In this document: positions 9,611 to 18,625 of the stretch, in pieces | Numbering within the stretch: position 1 is the stretch's first letter | How the letters are laid out: every line of letters begins with the position of its first letter | NCBI GenBank assembly: GCA_964475215.1 | Contig: CAYYVT010000187.1 | Coordinates: 72,334 to 136,333, forward strand | Length of the DNA: 64,000 bases | Direction: 5' to 3' | Origin: an uncultured Nitrososphaerales archaeon | Lineage (GTDB): Archaea > Thermoproteota > Nitrososphaeria > Conexivisphaerales > DTJL01 | Notes under the pieces: generated by a model | The model's input: only the letters and a program-made list of their open reading frames with translations | Databases searched by the model: none | Told to the model about the DNA's origin: nothing | Translations under genes and position numbers: made by a program

Positions 9611-11737
9611 CTACGCCACGACGGTCCTGACGTCCACGGCGACAAGCCTCTCTTCGGTGGCGATCAGCGGATTAATCTCGATCTCATCGATTGAAGGATT
9701 CTCTTCGAGCACGCTGGAGAAGGCCGACATTGCTTTGGCGATGCGGACCCTATCCACTTTGGGTCCTCCTCTATGACCATCCAAGACGCGGCCCATCCGT
9801 AGCTCCTGTATGAGTTCCATTGCTTTGCCTTCGTCGATCGCGCCCACGGCCACCGAGAAATCCTGCAGGATCTCGGTGTAAGTGCCTCCAATCCCGAAGG
9901 CCAAGACGGGACCGAAGGTCGGGTCTCTAGTGCTGCCGAGGATCAGCTCAATCCCCCTCTCTACCATCTCCTGCGCCAGCACACCTTCGAACGGAACGCC
10001 CAGACTCTTTGCTACTGCTCTTAGCTTCAAATAAGCTGATGCTGCGTCGGTGTCCTTCTTGACGTTGAGGATGACTCCACCCACGTCCGACTTGTGAGCG
10101 AGCCCACCCGAAACCAGCTTTACAGCAAGCGGGAATCGCAACTTCTGCCCGACTGAGTTCACATCTTTCCGGGTTCTCAACAAAACAGATTTCGCGCAGG
10201 GTATTCCATATGCCCGCAGCAACCTCTCATTCAATCGGGGACTAAGTAGACCTCTATGCCGGTCCAGCCAAGGCAGGCCCTTCTTCGCCGCGCACTTTGG
10301 GTTGGCCAACGACTTCAGTAACCTCCTTCGCTCCGCCAGTGCGCGTAGCGCCCTGACACACCTCTCAGGTGTTGCGTAGGCAGGGATGCCCTGGCTCTGA
10401 AATCCTGTTCGGAAGATCTCAGCAAGCTCGGACCGCCCCATCACTCCGACTACGACGGGCTTCTTGGCGTCTCTAGCTATGGAAGTCATTCTATCTACGA
10501 CTGCATAATCCATCGTAGCGGGTTGATGGGTAGGGAAGGCCAGAATCATATCATAGTCCTCTGAGGAGGCGAGAAGGTCGAAGGCCCGAATGAACTCGTC
10601 TGTCTTGGCGGTCGCGGTCAAGTCCAAGGGGTTGCTCATGCTGATGATTCCCGCAAAGCTAGACGCAGCGAACTCCTTGCCTAGGAGCCCGCCGAGCCGC
10701 TTCTCTAGAGGCCCTACATGGAGGCCAACTCTGGCACTCTCATCCGCAGACATTACGCCAGTCCCTCCAGCATTAGTGAGTATCGCGACCCTGTTTCCTC
10801 TAGCTTCGGGTTGCATCGCGAAAGCCGTGCAATCATCGACCAGTTCCTCTAGTGACTGAACTTCTACCAAGCCCGACTGTCTAAAGGCGGCTTGGTACAC
10901 CCTGTAGTCTCCCACCATGGATGCCGTGTGAGTTACTGCCGCCTTCGCACCAGCTTCGGTCTTACCAGTTTTGAAGACGATGATGGGCTTCTTCATAGCC
11001 GCGTGGGTGGCCTTTTGCAAGAACCTCAGGCCTTGCTTCACACCTTCTAGGTAGACGGCAATCACCTTAGTCTCCTTGTCATCAGAAAAATGCTCTAACA
11101 CGTCCTCTACTGAGACGTCGAGCTGGTTGCCGACGCCGACGATGGCCCTCACCCCTACGAAATTCGCACGAAGCTCTTCGGCCACGACCTCCCCTAGGTG
11201 TCCGCTCTGGGTCACAATCACGACTCCTCCTTTAAGAGGCGGTAGCAGAGATGCGATTTCCCTCCCATCTGGGAGCTTCTTTGTCTCCGGCAAGAACAGG
11301 GTGTCCATGCCGGATGAGGTATCCAGGAGGCCGATAGTGTTGGGCCCCAAAATCCTAATGCCTTCCTTCTTTGCCGCCTTCGCGATATCTTGTTCAAGGC
11401 CAGCTCGACCGGCTTCGCCGAACCCTCCGGCGATGATTACAATCGCTTTGACTCCTTTGCGAGCTGCTTCGTCCACAAGTCTGAGGGTAGAGGCCACGGG
11501 CACTGCTATTACCAGCAGCTCGGGTGCCTTCGGAAGTGAGGTGACGTTGGGGTAGCACGGCCTGCCGCCCACCTTGGAGTGATGAGGATTGATCGGAAAG
11601 ATCTCCGACTTTAGGTACCCTTCGTTCACGCCTCGCTGCAGCTTATCGTATATTATCGAGGCCACCTTGGTCAAGTCCTCTGATGCTCCTACGACTGCCA
11701 CGCTGCTAGGGGCGAAGAACGAAGAGAGGCCCGCCAT
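9611..11737 (-). CDS. Acetyl-CoA synthetase (ADP-forming), fused alpha/beta type (acetate--CoA ligase, NDP-forming)
   Basis: CoA-binding N-terminus (FFAPSSVAVVGAS), a succinyl-CoA-ligase-like flavodoxin domain, and a C-terminal ATP-grasp domain. I placed the start at Met34 (MAGLSS...). The upstream 33 codons in the ORF track are R/S-rich and unlikely to be coding. Confidence 0.85.
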   Translation of the reverse strand: MAGLSSFFAPSSVAVVGASEDLTKVASIIYDKLQRGVNEGYLKSEIFPINPHHSKVGGRPCYPNVTSLPKAPELLVIAVPVASTLRLVDEAARKGVKAIVIIAGGFGEAGRAGLEQDIAKAAKKEGIRILGPNTIGLLDTSSGMDTLFLPETKKLPDGREIASLLPPLKGGVVIVTQSGHLGEVVAEELRANFVGVRAIVGVGNQLDVSVEDVLEHFSDDKETKVIAVYLEGVKQGLRFLQKATHAAMKKPIIVFKTGKTEAGAKAAVTHTASMVGDYRVYQAAFRQSGLVEVQSLEELVDDCTAFAMQPEARGNRVAILTNAGGTGVMSADESARVGLHVGPLEKRLGGLLGKEFAASSFAGIISMSNPLDLTATAKTDEFIRAFDLLASSEDYDMILAFPTHQPATMDYAVVDRMTSIARDAKKPVVVGVMGRSELAEIFRTGFQSQGIPAYATPERCVRALRALAERRRLLKSLANPKCAAKKGLPWLDRHRGLLSPRLNERLLRAYGIPCAKSVLLRTRKDVNSVGQKLRFPLAVKLVSGGLAHKSDVGGVILNVKKDTDAASAYLKLRAVAKSLGVPFEGVLAQEMVERGIELILGSTRDPTFGPVLAFGIGGTYTEILQDFSVAVGAIDEGKAMELIQELRMGRVLDGHRGGPKVDRVRIAKAMSAFSSVLEENPSIDEIEINPLIATEERLVAVDVRTVVA

Positions 11738-11900
11738 CCGGCTTAATCTCTTCGAAGGGAGGCTTAAGTACCTTGAGCCTTGTGGGCGGACCTGTCCTTT
11801 GAACGATCCTCCAGCCCAGCTCCTTGAGGCCCCCAACGCTCCTGCGTGGTTGTATAGCTGCGCTTAATAGGAATTCGCGGGAGCTCGCTTTCGACCAAGT

Positions 11901-12377
11901 TTGGATCTCAAAGTGGGAGATAGTGCGCCAAAGATGGCCCTGCCCGACCAAGACAGGAAGGTAAGGACCCTTGACGAGTTCTTAGGAAAGGGCAACGTGG
12001 TGCTCGCTTTCTTCCCAGGTGCTTTCACGTCGGCCTGCATACGGGAGATGTGCGCCCTTCGGGACTCCCTGTCCAAGCTTTCATTCCGCAACGCCCAAGT
12101 CATCGGCATCAGCGTGAACGACCCTTGGACGTTGAAGGGTTTTGCCAACGCCAACTCGCTCACCTTTCCCCTCCTTAGTGACTACTCTCGAGACACAATC
12201 AAGACATATGGAGTGGAGCTTACGGATTTCGGGGGACTTAAGGGCTATGCCGTGGCCCAAAGAGCGGTATTCATATTGGACAAGGTCGGCAAGATAAAGT
12301 TCTCTTGGATAGCGCCTCAGCCCGGCGTTGAGCCCGACTACAAGCAGCTCGAGGATCTGGTAGGCAAGACCCAGTGA
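11901..12377 (+). CDS. Peroxiredoxin-like redoxin (AhpC/TSA family)
   Basis: 158 aa with a TTG start. The N-terminus LKVGDSAPKMALPD and the peroxidatic-Cys motif FPGAFTSAC are present. Confidence 0.8.
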   Translation: MDLKVGDSAPKMALPDQDRKVRTLDEFLGKGNVVLAFFPGAFTSACIREMCALRDSLSKLSFRNAQVIGISVNDPWTLKGFANANSLTFPLLSDYSRDTIKTYGVELTDFGGLKGYAVAQRAVFILDKVGKIKFSWIAPQPGVEPDYKQLEDLVGKTQ

Positions 12378-12850
12378 CCGACATGGCAGAAATCAAGGTC
12401 AAGGTAGGAGACACCCTCCCCGACATCAGCCTGGTAGCGTACCCCGGAGGAACTGAAGTGAACCTTTCGTCCTACTTTGGGCGTTGGCTCGTCCTATACT
12501 TCTATCCGAGGGACGACACCCCTGGTTGCACCAAGGAGGCCTGCAGCTTTCGCGACTCAATCAAGGCGATAAGGGAATTAGGCGCGGAAGTAGTAGGAGT
12601 CAGCACAGACGGCGTCGGCAGTCACGAACGGTTCGCCGGCAAGTATGGGCTCAACTTCACCCTGCTCAGTGACCCGAAGGGCCAGCTGGGCTCCAGCCTC
12701 GGCGTCCTCAAGGAAGGCGGTTCTTCCATGTACAGGGTAACGTTTCTGGTTGATCCCAAGGGACGGATAGCCAAGATATATCAAAAGGTCGACCCTTCCA
12801 TTCACTCCGAAGAAGTGCTGGGCGATCTGAGATCTATCAAACGCGGATAG
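12374..12850 (+). CDS. bcp: Thioredoxin-dependent peroxiredoxin Bcp/PrxQ
   Basis: Classic Bcp signature YFYPRDDTPGCTKEAC. The GTGA start/stop overlap with the upstream redoxin gene suggests co-translation. Confidence 0.88.
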   Translation: MTDMAEIKVKVGDTLPDISLVAYPGGTEVNLSSYFGRWLVLYFYPRDDTPGCTKEACSFRDSIKAIRELGAEVVGVSTDGVGSHERFAGKYGLNFTLLSDPKGQLGSSLGVLKEGGSSMYRVTFLVDPKGRIAKIYQKVDPSIHSEEVLGDLRSIKRG

Positions 12851-12925
12851 TTGCAGGCCGTCCGCCTCAACAGGCCCTAGCTTGGAAGAGATATTAATCA
12901 CACTTGTATACTCCCGCTGGAAACC

Positions 12926-13828
12926 GTGGTAAGCCTCCCGCTAACAGAAACGCGTCACGAAGTCTTCTTCAGGGACTCGCGCGATATGGGCTGTCTAAAG
13001 GATAGGTCCATCCAGCTGGTGGTCACTTCTCCACCGTATCCCATGATCGAAATGTGGGACCCCCTGTTTGAACGCATGGACGGCAGAATAGCTGAACTGA
13101 TGAGTGAAATCGCTTCGTCGGAGGGCGACGCGAGCTTCCAAGCGGCATCAGCATATGAGCTCATGCACAAGCAGTTGGCCAAAGTCTGGCGTGAGTGTTA
13201 TCGCGTCTTATGCCAGGGAGGCATAGCTTGCATCAACATCGGGGACGCCACTCGGACGCTGAACGGCAGGTTCAGGCTCTACCCCAACCATGCCAAGGTC
13301 ATAGAGCACTGCGAACGAATCGGATTCGTCACACTTCCGTTCATAGTCTGGAAGAAGCCGACGAATAAACCAAACGCGTTCCTTGGGTCCGGCTTCCTTC
13401 CGACTAACGGTTACGTGACCCAAGACTTTGAACACATACTTATCTTCAGAAAGGGAGACACACGAAGATTCCCTCCCAAGGATGCCGTTCGTTATTCGAG
13501 CTCGTTCACCAAGGCCCAGCGTGATGTGTGGTTCAGCCAAGCATGGTCCATTCATGGGGCCGCCCAAGCCCTTGGCAAAACGCGAAGGCGAAGCGCCGCC
13601 TTCCCGGAGGAGATTCCTAGACGGCTCATTCAGATGTTTTCCCTGATAGGGGACACAGTTTTGGATCCATTCCTGGGAACCGGCACTACAGCGAAGGTCG
13701 CGGGCGAGCTTACACGTAACTCCGTGGGTTTCGAGTTCGATAGCGCGCTTAGAGCAACTATCTGCGAAAAACTCGGGAGCCCAACCCTTGACTTGATGGA
13801 TCGGGTGGAGTTCACCAGAGCTTCATGA
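12926..13828 (+). CDS. DNA methyltransferase, beta-class (motif IV before motif I), SPPY type (probably N4-cytosine)
   Basis: Motif IV is VVTSPPYPM near the N-terminus. The AdoMet motif I, DPFLGTGTT, is near the C-terminus. Confidence 0.85.
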   Translation: MVSLPLTETRHEVFFRDSRDMGCLKDRSIQLVVTSPPYPMIEMWDPLFERMDGRIAELMSEIASSEGDASFQAASAYELMHKQLAKVWRECYRVLCQGGIACINIGDATRTLNGRFRLYPNHAKVIEHCERIGFVTLPFIVWKKPTNKPNAFLGSGFLPTNGYVTQDFEHILIFRKGDTRRFPPKDAVRYSSSFTKAQRDVWFSQAWSIHGAAQALGKTRRRSAAFPEEIPRRLIQMFSLIGDTVLDPFLGTGTTAKVAGELTRNSVGFEFDSALRATICEKLGSPTLDLMDRVEFTRAS

Positions 13829-13835
13829 GAGTCGA

Positions 13836-14234
13836 TCAGGAATTGGATTGACCCAATCCTGGCCCATCGAGAAAGCCCCTCTGGATTCGCTCCTTTAGCT
13901 GCATCATAGCTTCAAAGCGGTAGTTGATCCTCCCCACTCTGTCTCGCTCTTCCATCAAGAGGTTCCTATAGTATCCCGCTCCAAGCAAATGTAGAAGCTT
14001 GATGAGAGTTTTCATGCATGCCTCTAGCCGCCCATTTCCATCCGCTTCCACTCGCACCATTTCAAAGGCCTTCTTCAAGTCCTGGACGTCCAGAATCTCC
14101 ATCTGGCTCAAATTACCAAAATTGGAGTTCAGGAATTCCAGTATCACTTGGCCAGCACCGTCGGCCAAGTCGGAGTCGTCTATCCCTTCCAACAGGGCCG
14201 CACGATCCGAATCCGCGGCTGTAATGCCCAGCAC
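13836..14234 (-). CDS. Hypothetical protein (132 aa, acidic, helical)
   Basis: ORF with protein-like composition, convergent on the methyltransferase with a 7-nt gap. I recognised no motif. Confidence 0.45.
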   Translation of the reverse strand: MLGITAADSDRAALLEGIDDSDLADGAGQVILEFLNSNFGNLSQMEILDVQDLKKAFEMVRVEADGNGRLEACMKTLIKLLHLLGAGYYRNLLMEERDRVGRINYRFEAMMQLKERIQRGFLDGPGLGQSNS

Positions 14235-14381
14235 GGCTTGTTAGCCGCCAGCTCAATTTAAGGAGCCATAATTCCCATGGAATGATAAACCAGCCTCCAG
14301 AGGGCTCTGGAGGACGACGCCTGTATCTGGCTTGGACCCTCGCAAACCTTCAAAGCCGCGCTTCGCCACCAGTCGACCGGC

Positions 14382-14798
14382 ATGAAAGCATACCGGTATC
14401 GGACCCGTGTAACTTGGGTCGACACCGATGCGGCGCGCGTCGCTCACTTCTCGAACTATTTCAGGTATTTCGAAAGGGCGGAGCAGGAGTTTTACAATAA
14501 GCTCGGCGTAGACCCATTTGGGGGAGGCGATGACCGTAACATATGGCTGCCTCGCGTGGAGGCAAATTGCAGATACCTCTCTCCCTGCAAGTTAAACGAT
14601 ATGATCGAAGTGGAGCTCACGGCGTCGGCGATCGGGGCGAAGTCAATCAAGTACGAATTTGGGATAAGAAACCTTACCACGGAAAAGGATGCGGCCAAGG
14701 GCTACGTAGTCGTGGTATCAGCCAGCGCATCCGAAGGGCATTCCATCCCCCTGCCGGAGGACTTTTCCTCGCGTCTTAGGAAGTTTTTCCGTGTCTAG
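14382..14798 (+). CDS. Acyl-CoA thioesterase, 4HBT/YbgC hot-dog family
   Basis: 138 aa. The N-terminus YRYRTRVTWVDTDAARVAHFSNYFRYFERAEQEFY is typical of YbgC-like thioesterases, with the catalytic Asp in VDTD. Confidence 0.85.
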   Translation: MKAYRYRTRVTWVDTDAARVAHFSNYFRYFERAEQEFYNKLGVDPFGGGDDRNIWLPRVEANCRYLSPCKLNDMIEVELTASAIGAKSIKYEFGIRNLTTEKDAAKGYVVVVSASASEGHSIPLPEDFSSRLRKFFRV

Positions 14799-14881
14799 AA
14801 CCACTTGACCTGCTCCGTCATAGTTAATATTGAGCCTTCTCACATGGAGGCGCGCTTGAGGAGACCCCAACGCAAGACGTC

Positions 14882-15295
14882 TTGATTGATAGGAACCACT
14901 TCGTCAAATCGGTATCAGACAGAGTACGAAGCATGGCCTCGACACTGCGCTCTGAAGACATGGCCCCTTTGGATTTCCATAATACCTTGCAGAGGGACAT
15001 CGCAAACCTCGCCACCGAGTTCGGGTACAGGGGCGTGAGAGAGTATCCCGTTTACGGCCGAGAGGAGGGAGTGGAGGGATTAGCGGATGTCGCTTGGATC
15101 GCCAAGAGGCAACTCGTTTCCGTCTTCGAAATAGACTCTGCCCCCAAGGTCAAATCTGTCAGGAAGCTCTTGGCTTTGGATGCCCCGTTTCGCTTCTGGA
15201 TCTATTACGGTCACCAGCACTATCTTTCGATGGTCAGGTCCGTAGACAAAATCGGGACTGTGGAAGTGATCAGGCTACAGAACGTCTACTTTTGA
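14882..15295 (+). CDS. Hypothetical protein, possible PD-(D/E)xK-like nuclease fold
   Basis: 137 aa. LADVAWI followed 15 residues later by VFEIDSAPKVK could be a D...E-x-D...K nuclease core. This is weak motif-level inference only. Confidence 0.4.
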   Translation: MIDRNHFVKSVSDRVRSMASTLRSEDMAPLDFHNTLQRDIANLATEFGYRGVREYPVYGREEGVEGLADVAWIAKRQLVSVFEIDSAPKVKSVRKLLALDAPFRFWIYYGHQHYLSMVRSVDKIGTVEVIRLQNVYF

Positions 15296-15395
15296 GAAAC
15301 GGCCAACGGGGAGACATCAGGCGGCCTTCGTTGACACGCGAAAAGCACGTTTCACTAGGTAAGAGTTATCTGCAGCTGATCTGCAAGTCGTCCTG

Positions 15396-15746
15396 TTGTC
15401 GGGCCCTGATACCCGCACCAAGGCATTCATAGTCCATCTCATCCTATCTAAGGAGACTGAAAAGGCGCTCGAAGAGCTAAGCATCCTGAATCACATCGAT
15501 GTGCCTGGGCTCAAAGTGGGTGCGGTCAAAGGCAAGAAGAAGGCCCTCGCGGTCTACGTCAAGGGTGAAAAGACGATCTACGTAGCCAAAGGAGAAACGC
15601 TGTGGGATCCCTTCGTCATTCTACACGAATTCTATCATCATCTCAGGAGCAGAAGCGGCAAGCACAGGGGAACCGAAAAGCTTGCCGACGCCTACGCGGT
15701 GGATTTCATCAACTCTTACAAATCCCTTGCATTCTCAGGAGAATAG
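15396..15746 (+). CDS. Hypothetical small protein with an HExxH zinc-metallopeptidase motif
   Basis: 116 aa with a TTG start. The motif ILHEFYHHL is followed by GTEKLADAYA. Confidence 0.45.
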   Translation: MSGPDTRTKAFIVHLILSKETEKALEELSILNHIDVPGLKVGAVKGKKKALAVYVKGEKTIYVAKGETLWDPFVILHEFYHHLRSRSGKHRGTEKLADAYAVDFINSYKSLAFSGE

Positions 15747-15825
15747 CTTCCTCGGCCCTCCACGCTTTGTGGGCTTTGTTCCTCAGCTACGTTAAAACGG
15801 CTGGCGGAGCACCGCAACTACTCAA

Positions 15826-16653
15826 ATGGCCATCGGGGCGAAGCTCAGGGTAGGTTGCAGTGGTTGGGCTTACCAAGACTGGGTTGGCCCGTTTTATCCC
15901 AAGGACGCTCAAGCCAAGGATTACCTGCGGCTATATTCTTCGGTGTTCGACACCGTAGAGATCGACTCCAGTTTCTACAGGATGCCGAACCATTTCCTGA
16001 TCAACCTATGGAAGAACTCCACGCCCGACAGATTCATCTTCTCGGCCAAGGTGCCAAAGAAGATCACCCATGATGCCAAACTGAGAGATTCGTCGGAGCT
16101 CATGGCCCACCTGTATAGCGTATTGGGCGGCCTAGGCAACAGGATGGGACCACTAATCGTGCAGCTTCCACCTTCCTTCAAGTACGACAAAGACTTCGAA
16201 GCCCTGCGCCTGTTCTTGTCAGAGGTCGACACCAAGTTCAAGCTTTCCATCGAGTTCCGCCACAGATCGTGGTTCAGGGATGACATCTACGACCTGCTCA
16301 GGGCTAAGAATGTGGCTTTTTGCTGGGCCATTTCACAGTACGTCGAGACACCGCGTGTGAAGACGGCTGACTTCATCTATGCCAGAATGGTGGGAGACAG
16401 GAGCATCACCAACTTCGGCGTCATTCAGAAGGATAGGACCGCCCAGATGATCCAGATGAGAGACGACATAGAGAAGGCGATCGATGACGTCGATTCCGCG
16501 TTTCTGTTCTTCAACAACCACTTTGCTGGCTTTAGCCCAGAATCTGTGAACGAATTCAGGAGGCTTTCGGGCCTGATGGAGATGGACTGGAAGGGCCTAG
16601 TAGGTCGAGGCAACCAAGCTGAGATCTCCCAGAGAAGCCTGATGGACTTTTAA
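15826..16653 (+). CDS. DUF72 family protein
   Basis: 275 aa. The N-terminus RVGCSGWAYQDWVGPFYP and the later F.VEFRH.SW element match the DUF72 pattern. Confidence 0.85.
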   Translation: MAIGAKLRVGCSGWAYQDWVGPFYPKDAQAKDYLRLYSSVFDTVEIDSSFYRMPNHFLINLWKNSTPDRFIFSAKVPKKITHDAKLRDSSELMAHLYSVLGGLGNRMGPLIVQLPPSFKYDKDFEALRLFLSEVDTKFKLSIEFRHRSWFRDDIYDLLRAKNVAFCWAISQYVETPRVKTADFIYARMVGDRSITNFGVIQKDRTAQMIQMRDDIEKAIDDVDSAFLFFNNHFAGFSPESVNEFRRLSGLMEMDWKGLVGRGNQAEISQRSLMDF

Positions 16654-16691
16654 CAAGAGGCTGAGCGACTACGGCAGCGCCAAGGCCCAAG

Positions 16692-17765
16692 ATAATAATT
16701 CACGTCGACCTCGATGCATTCTATCCATCGGTAGAGATAAGGCGGAGGCCGGAACTCAGGGGCCTTCCCGTGGTCGTGGGTGCAGATCCGAAGGATGGCA
16801 AAGGACGCGGGGTCGTGCTCTCATGCTCTTATGAAGCGAGGCGCTTTGGGGTCCATTCGGGCCAGCCGATTTCCAAAGCGTTTAGGCTATGCTCCCAAGC
16901 GGTGTTCCTAAGGCCGGATTTCCACCTATACGGGACGACGTCCTCTCGCGTAATGAAGCTGTTGCGGGGTCACGGTGACAAGTTCGAGCAGACGAGCATC
17001 GACGAAGCCTTCCTCGACGTCACACACAGCGTTAGAGACAGTGACGAAGCGAGGGAGCTCGCAGGCCGGATAAAGGAAGAGATTTTCAAGACAGAAGGCC
17101 TGACCTGTTCCATCGGGATCGCGCATAACAAATCCATCGCAAAGATCGCTTCGGACCTGAAGAAGCCTGACGGCTTGGTCGTCGTAGATCCGAACGGAGT
17201 CGAGGAATTCTTGGCGCCACTTCCTGTTTCGGCCATAACCGGGGTTGGTGAGAAGACTAGAAGGTTCCTCAAGGAGAGGGGCGTCGAAACCATCGGCCAG
17301 CTCCAGATGGTGCCAGGCAAGGAGCTTGTGAAGTACTTCGGAAAGGGAGGCGTATGGCTTTGGGGGGTCGCTCATGGCCTGGAACAGGTCGAAGTCATCG
17401 ACAACAGGACGGTCAAGTCCCTCTCCGTCGAGCGCACCTTCGATGAAGACATTTCAGACAGAAGGGTCCTCTTGAAGACCATGAAGGAACTATCTTCCGA
17501 ACTTCGCAAGAGGACGGAGATGGGGAACTTCGAATTCAAGACCGTCGGAGTAAAGATTCGCTTCGAGCACTTCCAGACGTTCACCCGAGAAAGGACCCTG
17601 AGGACCCATGAATCGGGTGAGGTGGTCTTACTGGAACAATCCACCGCACTTCTCGAGGAATTCAGGGATGACACGAGGAAGGTCAGGCTCATCGGCTTGC
17701 GTGTGTCGAACCTCCGGAAGGTTGAGCAGAGGGGCTCCGGTCTTGAAGCTTGGATGAACTCCTAA
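16692..17765 (+). CDS. dinB: DNA polymerase IV (Y-family, Dpo4/Dbh-like), with a probable non-canonical start
   Basis: The Y-family core is GRGVVLSCSYEARRFGV...SIDEAFLDVT...SIGIAHNKSIAKIASD. The catalytic motif I (IIIHVDLDAFYPSVE) is in frame but upstream of the first canonical start, GTG 16770. The frame is open from 16665. I placed the start at ATA 16692. Confidence 0.85.
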   Translation: MIIHVDLDAFYPSVEIRRRPELRGLPVVVGADPKDGKGRGVVLSCSYEARRFGVHSGQPISKAFRLCSQAVFLRPDFHLYGTTSSRVMKLLRGHGDKFEQTSIDEAFLDVTHSVRDSDEARELAGRIKEEIFKTEGLTCSIGIAHNKSIAKIASDLKKPDGLVVVDPNGVEEFLAPLPVSAITGVGEKTRRFLKERGVETIGQLQMVPGKELVKYFGKGGVWLWGVAHGLEQVEVIDNRTVKSLSVERTFDEDISDRRVLLKTMKELSSELRKRTEMGNFEFKTVGVKIRFEHFQTFTRERTLRTHESGEVVLLEQSTALLEEFRDDTRKVRLIGLRVSNLRKVEQRGSGLEAWMNS

Positions 17766-17773
17766 ACCCATGC

Positions 17774-18625
17774 TCACCGACCCGTTGTCATGGACAGCGC
17801 GGAAATCTCCTCTTGGCCAAGCCGCCATCCGGTCGCACCGGCATCCTCAACAACATGCTCAATCCGTGACGCCCTTGGAATAGGAACCACATTGTCCCCT
17901 CTTGTGAGGAGCCAGTTAAGAGCTATCTGCGCGGGAGTCCTTCCTCCATGCTTCCTAGAGATGTCTTCAATCAATGACTTTAGGCCACCCTTCGGTTCGG
18001 CTAGTGCCCCATGGGCAACAGGGCGATAGGCTAAGAGGGCGATGTCGTTCTCCTTGCAAAATGGAAGAACTTCGGCTTCGATATTGCGCGCGATGAGGCT
18101 GTATTCCATCTGGTTCGACGCGAGGTCGCACTTAGAGAGAGCCTCCTGGGCCTCCTTCATCTGCGTTACAGAGAAATTGCTCACTCCGATTTGTCTCACT
18201 TTACCATCGTTCACCAGCTTCTCCATGGCCCCCATGGTTTCGCGAATCGGAATCTTGCTATTGGGCCAGTGAATCTGGTACAAATCGATGTACGTTGACC
18301 TCAGATTTGACAAGCTCGCGTCGGCTGATTTCAGGACGTCATCGCGGTGGAGGTGCGACGGCCAGACTTTCGTCGCTATGAACAAATCGTCCCGTTTTAA
18401 TCCCCGAATGGCTTCGGATACGATCCCCTCAGTCTGATACGCCTCCGCGGTATCGATGAGGTTCATCCCTAGTTCGATGCCCTTCTTCAAGGCGGCAACC
18501 CTGCCGTCGCTAGGCCGAGGACGATCCGCCGACGCTGGGAAGAACCTCGTGAGCACGCCGTAGTAGGTGCCCATCCCAACGGAAGACACCTTGTAGCCGG
18601 TCCTACCGAAGGTACGATACTCCAT
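17774..18625 (-). CDS. Aldo/keto reductase
   Basis: 283 aa containing MEYRTFGRTGYKVSSVGMGTYY, DTAEAY, and IDLYQIHWP. Confidence 0.9.
   Translation of the reverse strand: MEYRTFGRTGYKVSSVGMGTYYGVLTRFFPASADRPRPSDGRVAALKKGIELGMNLIDTAEAYQTEGIVSEAIRGLKRDDLFIATKVWPSHLHRDDVLKSADASLSNLRSTYIDLYQIHWPNSKIPIRETMGAMEKLVNDGKVRQIGVSNFSVTQMKEAQEALSKCDLASNQMEYSLIARNIEAEVLPFCKENDIALLAYRPVAHGALAEPKGGLKSLIEDISRKHGGRTPAQIALNWLLTRGDNVVPIPRASRIEHVVEDAGATGWRLGQEEISALSMTTGR

Noticed and set aside
11738-11836. The 33-codon N-terminal extension of the acetyl-CoA synthetase ORF
   Set aside because: The extension (MGASRSWAGGSFKGQVRPQGSRYLS...) is not conserved-looking. The CoA-binding fold starts right after Met34.
11901-12850. 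Treating the tandem peroxiredoxin genes as a recent duplication
   Set aside because: The two proteins differ in their active-site context (FPGAFTSAC versus YPRDDTPGCTKEAC) and share little sequence. They are distinct subfamilies in one operon, not a repeat.
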